From: Tubulanus polymorphus
Taxonomy: Eukaryota > Animalia > Nemertea
Assembly (NCBI RefSeq): GCF_964204645.1
Contig: NC_134025.1
Location: forward strand, 31,700,788-31,764,787
DNA length: 64,000 nucleotides
Direction: 5' to 3'
The notes under the pieces are model-generated. The model was not told the origin of the DNA. It was given only the letters and a program-made list of their open reading frames with translations, and made no database searches. Positions within the stretch are counted from its first letter, which is position 1. Every line of letters begins with the position of its first letter. This document shows, one piece after another, positions 29,846-41,026 of this stretch. The position numbers were made by a program, and so were the translations under genes.

Positions 29846-31599
29846 CATTTCCAGCTTAGAATAGCTTTAGGCTTTTCGTGTTACCTGATATACAAACATC
29901 AGGATTAGTTTTCCCTGTAGACATCCACAGTTAGGATTAGACTTACCGGCTGTAGAGTAAGCTACCCAGCTAACTATGGGTTAGCTATCGGCTAACTCTA
30001 CAGTAGGTCAGCTAACTTGAGCTGGCAGCTAACAGTTTGTCTTGTAATTCTTGTTTCTGCAGTCGATGATGATGTGAATTATGTGATATTTATTTTAATT
30101 CGAGGGTTTCGGTGCAATGCATGCATTTTACGCTCAATCGTTTTTTACTTCCAAAAATACGACTGGCTTCATCCTGTGGCAGGTGAGGGTGTCGTGGTAT
30201 TGTGATATGGTTATTTCTTATTTCATTATTTGGCATCAATATATAAATTAAAAGTCTGTCCATTAAGAATAAGGTGCACGCGCTACTATTATCATAATGT
30301 ATTGTTTTTACAAACTCTTTGTATTCAATTGTTATTATACAAGTGTAATTTCTAATTTCTGATTCTCTCTGATGATTCTACTGAAAACTCATTTTTATAA
30401 AAATGCAATAAATCTGTTATTATTAGTAATTATAATTATTGTTGGTGCCAATTCAGAAAATAAGGCTTCGTATAAATATGATAGATTTGTAACTAATTTT
30501 GTTGGCAGAATTCCGGTTTTATTTTTGTTTGATGAAACAACAACCAGTGAAAGTCTTTTATATTTCATTGACTTCAAAAAAACATTTGACTTAATTTCAT
30601 ATAATGAATCAAATGAATTTTGATTGAATTTGATAACTATGTAATATTCTACGGAATCTAGTGTATTTTTGTGTTGATAGGGGTCGCTGTAATCTGTAGT
30701 ATAATAATGCATGCTAATGGATGGTGCGTATTGACTAGAATTTAGCTTCTCCTCACCAGGGGGAGCTGTATTCGATGGTTTCTATGTCAGTTGCACTTTA
30801 TAGCGTAGTCAAGGTTACAATTAATGAAAATGTTTAGGTGTAGATATAACGAATATGTAAAACATAATGAATTGTTATATTTTGTTAAAATGTGCAAATT
30901 GTGTAAATTGTAATAATTCATTTGTTTGTAATCACGGTTATGATCCCGTTGCTATGGTAATACTGGATGTCTATTGTTGAATTATGAATTGTCTCTTAAC
31001 CGATAAGGATCAGTTATTGTCAACATTCTAAAGGTCATTGAGGGTTTTAGAGGTCACTGAAGGTTTTAGAGGTCAATAAGGGTTTTACTGGTTGATCTAT
31101 CACAACTAGTTTCAAGTCCAGTAAAAATCGTATCTACTTAATTAAAAGATGTTCACTCTAACCAATGCGCCCTCTACTGAGCTGTTGATGAATTAACTAC
31201 TCACTGAGTTGAGGCTTTTACTCTAGTCATTGGAATCAACAAATGAAAGCCCCCCTTACATAACTACTCAATACTCCCCTTACACGTTAATTTACATGTC
31301 ACATGTACATGTTTATATGTAAATGTACATGTTACTTGTACATGTTTGTATGTAAATGTACATGTTACATGTACATGTTTATTTTTCTACTGTTTGTCAG
31401 TCATCATTGATTGCAACAATTAACAATAGTCTTAATGATGTTAAATGTAATTAATAAATATATCTAATTAATATAATTAAACGTATTGATGTAAAACTAA
31501 AACCAGATGCTACTATAATTAATGATAATAATAATAATAACAATAATAATAATAATAATATATTTATGTGTTTAAAATTCAGTTTAAATGAACTGAAAG

Positions 31600-31840
31600 T
31601 GTCCGCAGTATCATTGCTAATAAGCTAGCGACCTGCTAGCTAAAGTCTGCGGTATCATCACTGTAAGCTAGCGACCTGCTAGCTAAAGTCTGCGGTATCG
31701 TCGCTGTAAGCTAGCGACCTGCTAGCTAAAGTCTGCGGTATCGTCACTGTAAGCTAGCGACCTGCTAGCTAAAGTCTGCGGTATCGTCACTGTAAGCTAG
31801 CGACCTGCTAGCTTATCCGCGGTATCATCACTGTAAGCTA
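31600..31840. repeat. ~43-bp minisatellite, ~5 copies
   Basis: gtctgcggtatcgtcactgtaagctagcgacctgctagctaaa, with hairpin AGCTAGC-GACCT-GCTAGCT. Confidence 0.9.
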
Positions 31841-32258
31841 CCTCAAATATAGCTTATATTCTTATCTAATCCAGCTGCATATTCACTGGCTATACAAGTG
31901 TAGTTTTAGCTACTATAGCTTCAGCTACCTACAGCTTATTGTATCATTGTCGTTGCTTACCAGGGCTCACTTCACTGGTTTATATCTCAGGAGTAATGAT
32001 TGTTGCTAGGTTACCATCTATAGCGTCCAAACATCTGATTTTATGCAAATTAAGCTCCTCCCCTTCAGCTTGACCGTAGTATTATTATTATTATTATTAT
32101 TCAAGAAGTTTAGAGTATTATTGGATGATGATGATGATGATAACAATGTGTAATACAATGTGTAATGTCTGTTTATACTGTGAGTATTCAAATAAAATCA
32201 ATACTCAAACATTTCTTATACATTTCAATCTTTACTTCTTTTATTTGTCAGCTTTCAA

Positions 32259-32525
32259 TCAGTGATTCGAACCCAGGTCCCCCGTATCAGTGATTCGAAC
32301 CCAGGTCCTCCGTATCAGTGATTCGAACCCAGGTCCTCCGTATCAGTGATTCGAACCCAGGTCCTCCGTATCAGTGATTCGAACCCAGGTCCTCCGTATC
32401 AGTGATTCGAACCCAGGTCCTCCGTATCAGTGATTCGAACCCAGGTCCTCCGTATCAGTGATTCGAACCCAGGTCCTCCGTATCAGTGATTCGAACCCAG
32501 GTCCTCCGTATCAGCTGTTCGAACT
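32259..32525 (-). repeat. 28-bp tandem array of a tRNA T-arm / B-box-like motif, ~9 copies
   Basis: Unit tcagtgattcgaacccaggtcctccgta; minus strand reads GGACCTGGGTTCGAATC (B-box consensus GGTTCGANNC). Confidence 0.85.
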
Positions 32526-32544
32526 CCTAGTGCAGGATTACAAT

Positions 32545-33860
32545 AAAACTGCCCCCTAGTGGAGGATTCCGACACTATAACCAAGAGATCTATATATGAA
32601 GATCAAAAACTGCCCCCTAGTGTGGGATTCTGACACTATAACCAGAGATTTATACATGAAGATCAAACACTGCCCCCTAGTGGTAGATTCCGACACTATA
32701 ACCAAGAGATCTATATATGAAGATCAAAAACTGCCCCCTAGTGTGGGATTCTGACACTATAACCAGAGATTTATACATGAAGATCAAACACTACCCCCTA
32801 GCGGAGGATTCCGCCACTATAACCAAGAGATTTATACATGAAGATCAAAAACTGCCCCCTAGCGGAGGATTCCGACACTATAACCAAGAGATTTATACAT
32901 GAAGATCAAAAACTGCCCCCTAGCGGAGGATTCCGACACTATAACTAGAGATTTATACATGAAGATCAAAAACTGCCCCCTAGCGGAGGATTTCGACACT
33001 ATAACCAAGAGATTTATACATGAAGATCAAAAACTGCCCCCTAGCGGAGGATTCCGACACTATAACTAGAGATTTATACATGAAGATCAAAAACTGCCCC
33101 CTAGTGTAGGATTCTGACACTATATCCAGAGATTTATACATGAAGATCAAAACTGCCCCCTAGTGTGGGATTCCGACACTATATCCAGAGATTTATACAT
33201 GAGATCAAAAACTGCCCTCTAGTGGAGGATTCCGACACTATAACCCAGAGATTTATACATGAAGATAAAAAACTGCCCTCTAGTGGAGGATTCCGACACT
33301 ATAACCAAGAGATTTATACATGAAGATCAAAACTGCCCCCTAGCGGAGGATTCCGACACTATAACCAAGAGATTTATACATGAAGATCACAAACTGCCCC
33401 CTAGCGGAGTATTCCGATACTATAACCAAGAGATTTATACATGATGATCAAAAACTGCCCCCTAGTGGAGGATTCCGACACTTTAACCAAGAGATTTATA
33501 CATGATGATCAAAAACTGCCCCCTAGCGGAGGATTCCGACACTATAACCAAGTGATTTATACATGATGATCAAAAACTGCCCCCTAGTGTGGGATTCCGA
33601 CACTATAACCAAGAGATTTATACATGATGATCAAAAACTGCCCCCTAGCGGAGGATTCCGACACTATAACCAAGAGATTTATACATGAAGATCAAAAACT
33701 GCCCCCTAGCGGAGGATTCCGACACTATAACCAAGAGATCTATACATGAAGATCAAAAACTGCCCCCTAGCGGAGGATTCCGACACTATAACCAACAACA
33801 CTACTCCAGAGATTTATACAGTGGCTATAACACTGCCCCCTAGTGTAGGATTCCAAACTA
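32545..33860 (-). promoter_or_regulatory. ~60-bp tandem array, ~22 units, most carrying a CTCF-consensus motif (putative insulator)
   Basis: Units contain CTGCCCCCTAG(C/T)GG, i.e. CC(G/A)CTAGGGGGCAG on the minus strand, all in one orientation; some units are variants. The repeat is certain; CTCF binding is inferred. Confidence 0.65.
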
Positions 33861-34316
33861 TTCTAGAGATTTACACACTTATAAGAAACGCTGATTCCGT
33901 CACAATTCTGAAGCCATTGCCACATTTCTGGGCCATGAACTGCAGTATTGGGTAATTTTGATTGGGACCCGGACCAGTGATCACCTCATGCTCTCATAGC
34001 TTTCCTACACAACCATGAGTAATTCCGCCCCCTAGTGGAGGTTATTCACACTATCTAACAAAGGTATTGACACAGAAAGGCGTACGATAGTGAAGGTTTT
34101 GCTGATACTGCTGATTCAGGGTCCTGGGTTCAAGTTTATAACTGGAGGCGAACTGATGTTACGGGAGTCCTGGGTTCGAATCTGAGAGAATGAAACACCT
34201 TTATCTCACAACAATCCATTAGTAATTACATAGTGAAATCAGTTTATTTACACAACTACAGCGCCATCTAACGGAAAATTAATCAACATTTTAAAACAAC
34301 GCCCCCTAGCGATGAG

Positions 34317-35276
34317 TCAAGTAACCATAGATCGACCCCATTTCATTCTCATCCAAGTTGAAGGCGCGAAACATCGAACGATGAATCTTCTAGAATAGGG
34401 ACCTTGAGTTTTAGGGGGTAAAGCAGCTACCTACAATTAGAATTAACAATCGAGATTATCACACGGGGTAGACTGCCACGCTGCCACTAGGGGGAGCTAG
34501 TTTGATCGGGCTCTTACCTGATGTGTATGTGATCTGGCAGCAGTAGGGGGAGGTATAGCTGCTGGTGAAGGGGGTAGTGGTGATGGATACGGTACTGTAG
34601 GACTCTTACTCATTCGTGGCGCCGCCCACTTCGCCATATTCGGCCGCTGATTGACATTCAATAACTGTCTATAAACAAAATATAGTGATGTAGATGTAAT
34701 AGTAGATGTAGATGTAACAGTGATGTAGATGTAACAGTAGATGTTGTAGATGTAGATGTAACAGTGATGTTGTAGATGTAGATGTAACATGGTAGAAGTA
34801 CCTATGTAGACGTACCTCTGATACCAGGATTTCGGAGTTGAATTCTCATACTGCGGTTCACATGTATTATTACGAACTGGAGCTATCACTGCTTGATCAA
34901 ATGTAGGTAAAAATATATTATGTCGTCTTTGATCAGCTGCGGTAGCTGCTACAGCCGGTACTAGTAGCTGTCTGGATGAGACACTCAACTCACTCGGCTC
35001 CCTAGAAAATAAATCATCTTACGAATTAACGAGAAAATAGAAAGAAACTGCTGAATTTGTGTGAACCTCTGATGCGAGAGAGGGCAAGTGCCCCTCTCCC
35101 CAGCCGAACTGCCGGTTGTTACTAGGGTATATGTAAAATGGTGTGGATGTGAGGTTGGTGTTGTCACCTGGCACTAATGAACCCATATCTAGTCCAGATT
35201 TCCTGGGTTTCTGTTTCTGCTGCTGGTGTTTTTGGTAATCTGAATGTAAGTGATGTGGCAGCAGCTTTAGGCTCAT
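34317..35276 (-). CDS. Putative orphan protein (~204 aa, 5 exons), Pro/Ser/Gln-rich
   Basis: Phase-consistent GT-AG model: 35276-35168, 35121-35067, 35001-34816, 34668-34518, 34430-34317; AATAAA on minus strand at ~34243-34248. No recognisable domain; first intron only 46 nt. Confidence 0.5.
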
Positions 35277-37046
35277 ATCGGTACTGCAGCTGCTGGTGCT
35301 GGTGCTGGTGCATCCTCTCTCCTAGTGCTGGTAACCCAGGAGGTCGCTGCTGCTGCTGCTGCTGTCTACTGCAATATATATTATATTCAATTATCTATGT
35401 TTGACAGCTCCCTCCCCGCTCCTGTCCGAACCCGCCCCTCCCTGGTCAGACTTTGTCTCCTGAATCAGGTAACAAATAATTCAGATTCAATAAAACTCTC
35501 TAAACTTCTCTTGACCCAGCTCCTCAAATCTCAGTTTTACCTCAGAGTTCTAGGTTAGTCCACTCTACAGACACTGATCGCTGCGTATGAACTAGAAGAC
35601 GATCTTTGCGCGAACACGTATTATTTTTATTGGAAACAAAGACGTTTTTATTTCTAAAGAAATAGCAGCCCACTTAACACACAACATACTATAACAGTAC
35701 CGCTATACGAGGTGGCAGGGGTAATCAGGTTTATTCGAGTTCATGTGAATTTCTTTTGAAATTCAACCAATTAATTCATACCTTCTTCGAAAAAACGGTG
35801 TTATTTTATCGTGGATTATTTAAAAAGAGAAATAAATGTTTGTTTATTTACCTGAAAGTGGGAAATTTAGTTTGTATTCCTGGGAAATTATTTGTGTCGA
35901 TAGTTTCCCACATAATGAGTGAATATACTGAGTGTTTATTGGTGAGGGGTATGCATGCATATATATATAGTGTGTAGTGTAGAAGTGAAGGTTGATCGGT
36001 AGAGCTGAAGATTATTAATTAAAGAATTCACCAACTGGGTTTTTATTTTCGTGGTCACAACGCGTATAAACTGGGTGTATACATTCAGAGACAATATCGT
36101 TAATTCCGTAACCTACGATTGAATTAGATTGTATTCGGCTTCGTTAAACTCTTTTGTGAAACTATACACCCAGCTAAGACTGTAGCCAATTACTAAGTGT
36201 CAGTTGACCACTCAATCCGGACCCTGGACCCTAGCCGGCCCCTGGAGTATGTCTGTCGGGCACCCTAATCTTCCAATTATCACTAACCACATGATACATA
36301 TTAAAATGTGGCTCTTGCGGCCTTTATCAAACGAATTCCATTAAATAAAACGCGTTGAGCTGGAGATTTGAAACAATATTCATCTTGTATTCGCCCGCGC
36401 AAAGAAGCGAGGGAGACAGATCTGTACCGTCTGGTGCTGCCCCTATACATAACGATAGCGGGAAAAACGTGAACTAATATAGCACTCGCTTGCCAGACAC
36501 TTTTAAGAAGCTGAGTGGACAAACTATTTACCGATTTGCGGGCCAGCCGGTCTAGCACAGTTGAAGGGCGACCTTTATTGCAGTTTTAAGACCCTACTTT
36601 TAATTGATATTCGGGGCCACAGGTTTCTAGTTGGAATTGGGCGATATCCTCCTAGCGGCATCGCTGCTAATCCAACCTTTTGTCTAACGTTGAACAAACA
36701 CAAAAATAGTGAATTGATTGTAAATAAATATTGGATTTATTATAAATACATAACTGTAACATGAATAGAAAATAAATTATCTTGCACAAAGAGTGTGAAT
36801 GACTGATTCAAATAAATGATCATATAATACTGATTAGTGTCGAATTATCAATAACATATATAATAAAATACTGTTGATTGGGGAGAATCTAGGGGTTGTT
36901 TTCAGGGGTCCGGACCCCTGCCTTAATACCCTTCTGAGCCGCTTTATTTGATTTAGAAATGCCTGACCGCCACTTCCCTGATTTCTCCTAGAACCCCCTG
37001 CCCCCGGGCACTGCCCCATCCCAGTTGATCGATATTTGTTAGTGTT

Positions 37047-40000
37047 TTATCTCTCAATGAAAGCGAATTTAGAAGTTTGATCTGGAACGAATAACATTTG
37101 ATACGACTGTTTCAACGGTTTCTCATTCCTCCATTCAATGCGATATTTCTGAACTAATTTCACCATCAAAATCTGCATATCCTGTTCAGCGAATCTACGA
37201 CCTGTAAATATATATATAATCAGTTATAGAGGCTCCCTATAACAACAGGGTCGGATCTAAGCACTTGTCCGATTGCCCGGGACAAGTTTATTCTCTTCAG
37301 GGCGAGTAGGTTATCATTATCACTTGTCCCCCGGGCTGGTGCAATTTTATGTCACAAAGCTTTTTCCCACTCGATACAACGGATGATAGTGCCACCAATC
37401 GGACTGCCTCTGTAGGGCAAGTAGATTTTTGAGGGGGCAAGTGAAATTTCAGATATGCTTGCCCTCGGGCAAGTGGCTTTCATTCCTTAGATTGGATCCT
37501 GTAACAGGGTCAGGAGGAGAATATTAAAACATCATTTTACTGCAAATAATCTTCTCATTCTGATGATTTGTTTCGTAAAACCGAAGCCAGATTAAAGTCT
37601 TATAAATGAAGACCTGTTTTTAGTGTAAACTTACCGACGCACATTCGAACTCCGTGTCCAAACGGAGTGAGTAGATAAGGATGTATATCGCGAGCCGAGC
37701 CTCCACGGAGCCATCGCTCTGGGAGAAACTCATCCGCATCTGTGAAATATTCAGCATCACGAAACTGAGCGAAATTATTCAATTCGATGTGAGTCTGAAA
37801 ATACAGTGAGAGGCTTAGATTATAGAATCACACAGCGTGTCCTCATAGTGGAACCTCATAGTGGAACCTCATAGTGGAACCTCATAGTGTCCTCATAGCG
37901 GAACCTCATTACAACGAACTTCAGAAGACCAAAGATGAAATTCTAGGATTGTTATAATTGATAAATTGTTTGATCTGAGGTCGTTATAAAGAGGTTAATT
38001 ACTTACTCCAGCGGGCATATGATATCCACCAATCACAGCATCCGATTTCAGAATTCGACTTACTTCGGACCCAACAGGAAAAAATCTGTAAGAAATAAAC
38101 ATAAATATTGAAGAATAATAGAATTGAATTGATAAATTGCCGGTGTAATATAGAATGAGTTATCACCTGAATGATTCTTTAATACAAGCTTTCAAATACG
38201 ACATTTCATTGATTTTCTGAGGCGTCAATTTCTCTGAACCAAGAACTCGATTTATTTCTGCGTAAAGTTTTTCTTGTTTATCCGGGTTTGTAGCGATGCA
38301 GTAAAGCTGCCCAACAAACACCGGCACTGTCTGAAATATCAACATCTCATATTGAGACCAGGTGGAGAGAGACAGGGTGAGAGGCTGGGACAAGAGAGGC
38401 CCTCTCTCTCAGGGGACCGGGCTGAGAAAGAAGAGAGAGGCCCTCTCCCTCAAGGGACCGGGCTGAGAAAGAAGAGAGAGGCCCTCTCTCTCAGAGGACC
38501 GGGCTGAGAAAGAAGAGTGGCCCTCTCCCTCAGGGGACCAGGCTGAAAGAAGAGAGGCCCTCTCTCTCAGGGGACCGGGCTGAGAAAGTTGAGAGGACCG
38601 GGCTGGGATCTCCCTCAGGGCACCGGGTCAGAGGCCCCCTCTCTCTCAGGGCACCAGGTGAGAGGCCCCCTCTCTCTCAGGGCACCGGGTGAGAGGCCCC
38701 CTCTCTCTCAGGGCACCGGGTGAGAGAGGCCCCCAGGGGACTGGTTACTTACCGTGCTGAGACCATCTCCAAATAAAGATAAAGCTATCACTGTTACATC
38801 TTTATAATCAATCTCTTCATTCGACAATAAATATCTTAAAAATGCGAATCTTTCTTCTTTTAATTCATCTTTTTCTGCCAATTGTTTCAACGTAGAAACT
38901 GCTTCTGACAACCATTGACGCCCTTTCCTTCAATTAATCAAATCATTAATCAATCAATTCATGAATGATAGGAGAGTTTTACAATTAATCCACTGAGTAT
39001 TACAATGTAGGCTTACTGAGTATTACAATGTAGGCTTACTGAGTATAACTGACTATTACAATGTAGGCTTACTGAGTATAACTGAGTATTACAATGTAGG
39101 CTTACTGAGTATAACTGAGTATTACAATGTAGGCTTACTGAGTATAAGAGAGTATTACTGACTATTAGTGAGTATTACTGACCCATAAAAGAAATCCTCG
39201 ACCTGAAGAAGTTTTCTCCAAGCTGGAGTCGGGAAATATCGATAAAATGGAAGTGAAAAATTCAACTTTCTCGATATTTTGAATAAAGTATCGTTAGCAT
39301 CGATCATCTTCTGGAAATCTGAATCACTGGCGGCGTTCAAACAGTTTAACCTCCTCTCAAAACATGTCATAGCAGCAGCTACAATATAATCATACAATAC
39401 ATGTCATAGCAGCAGCTACAATATAATCATACAATACATGTCATAGCAGCAGCTACAATATAATCATACAATACATGTCATAGCAGCAGCAGGAAGGCGA
39501 TTGTCTGACGGGGTACAGGAAGGGGATTGTCTGAGGGGGTGCTGGGAGGGTATTGTCTGAGGGGGTACAGGAAGGGGATTGTCTGAGGGGATGCTGGGAG
39601 GGGATTGTCTGAGGGGGTACAGGAAGGGGATTGTCTGAGGGTGTGCAGGAAGGGGATTGTCTGAGGGGTGCAGGAAGGGGATTTCCTACTTACATTCTAA
39701 AGTCCATCTTGAGAATATATTTTTAATATTTTCCACCTCATTATTTTTATCTCTGATGTTGTGAATGTGTTCGACTAAATCTTCTATTACTTCAAATGAA
39801 CGATTAAAAAATGCCGAAATTTCTTTTGGTCTCATCAATAATTTCTGTACAGCGCTTCTCAATCTGTACCATTCTTCTCCATTACTACAATCAAACATCA
39901 ATAAACATGCGTTAACAGGTGGCGCTGTCGTCTGTTTAGTGAATCTCGGAGAGAACTAACGTGTTTCCGATGCCTAGCGATAATTCACGTTTCGCTCGAT

Positions 40001-40544
40001 ACATCTTCAATGTTTCTAACAATGGCGGAATGTGAGGCTGTTTATCTTCAATTTGAAAATAATTCTTATAACATTCAGGATCGAAGATATGAATAACTGT
40101 TTTATCAGGTAAAGTTTCTCGAACGACGGCACCAAACTGTCTCTTATAATCTAACAATGCTTCGTGATACGTCTCTGGTCTCCACTTAGCTGTAATTACA
40201 AATATAACAACAATCATAGCATCTCAATTCCTCTCCCCCCCGAGCGAGTGTCAACTCTACAGCCCTCCCCCCTCCCCCCTCCCCCCTCCCTCCTATATAC
40301 AGTCTGATTACTTACCAAAGGGTCCTCTAAAATAAAGAGCTGATCCGAAGAGTGGAAATGGTTTCGGTCCTGGTATCTGATCGAATGATTTCACATGAGG
40401 ACGTGGGGAAAACCCGGCGGATGAGGCTGCATCATCGTCGACCACGCCGCTGTTGCTGTAACATGTTGTCGCTATAGAGAAGTTTAATTGTTGTAGTTCT
40501 CGGGAGCTACAGTGTATAGAACCAGTTCTTCTTATAAACAACAT
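37047..40544 (-). CDS. Cytochrome P450, mitochondrial clan, CYP44-like (525 aa, 9 coding exons)
   Basis: Exons 40544-40316, 40189-39961, 39884-39694, 39378-39183, 38927-38753, 38330-38167, 38085-38007, 37794-37635, 37201-37047 (1578 nt). Transit-peptide-like start MLFIRRTG, IPGPKPFP, WYRLR, I-helix LSLFGDGLSTT, KESFR, PERW, heme motif PFGHGVRMCVG. Confidence 0.92.
37246..37501. mobile_element. Non-autonomous TIR element (hAT-like ends) in the last CYP intron
   Basis: Imperfect TIRs CAGGGTCGGATCTAAG / CTTAGATTGGATCCTG and repeated subterminal GGGCAAGT / ACTTGTCC motifs; no clear TSD. Confidence 0.55.
38380..38735. repeat. Intronic minisatellite
   Basis: gagaggccctctctctcaggggaccgggctgagaaa units. 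Confidence 0.88.
39362..39682. repeat. 37-bp repeat spanning a CYP splice acceptor, followed by a G-rich minisatellite
   Basis: acatgtcatagcagcagctacaatataatcatacaat x~3.5, then ggaaggggattgtctgagggggt units. Confidence 0.9.
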
Positions 40545-40972
40545 TATCAGCAACTGACTGAAATTAAATATGTATCATCAATAAAATATAAATTGAATTG
40601 ACACTGGTCCTACTGACTGGCATGCGAGGGGGGATTTGGATTGTCTGGAATTAATTTTCACCTATTTGGACACTTTGAATCTCTGTCACTGGCTCAACGT
40701 CTAACACAAGTCGGAACTGATGGAAGGAAGGCTCAAGGTTAAGGACTGTTGTATATTTTTGCCATGTGATTAAGAAAGGAAGAGGCGACTTTTGTAACTT
40801 GGGTTTTACCCGAACGGTGAACTCTAAAACATGGTCTCGGACTCTTATGTGGACGAATATAATTTTTTTCATTTATTTAATAGATAATTATCATCTATAG
40901 ATAATTATCATCTATTATAAATCGGTTTTTAGAGATTTTAATTACTGAAATATTTCGTTCTATATGCGTAAA

Positions 40973-40982
40973 ATCACGTGAT
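40973..40982. promoter_or_regulatory. CLEAR/M-box-like E-box (ATCACGTGAT) in the divergent CYP / cathepsin F promoter region
   Basis: Palindromic TCACGTGA ~45 bp upstream of the cathepsin F ATG. Confidence 0.5.
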
Positions 40983-41026
40983 AATCCTGTCCGCAATTTA
41001 GTGATACCCAGCAGTAAAACCATCAC

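Noticed and set aside
32545-33860. CRISPR array or repeated small ORFs (MKIKNCPL...)
   Set aside because: Whole units repeat with no unique spacers, and indels break the frames between units.
35580-36830. Possible gene or transposon in a non-repetitive intergenic stretch
   Set aside because: Only short ORFs without recognisable motifs, and no TIRs or coherent exon chain found.
37560-37590. Possible second hammerhead core (CTGATGA...CGAA)
   Set aside because: Stem II pairs poorly and GAAA is absent; compatible with chance.
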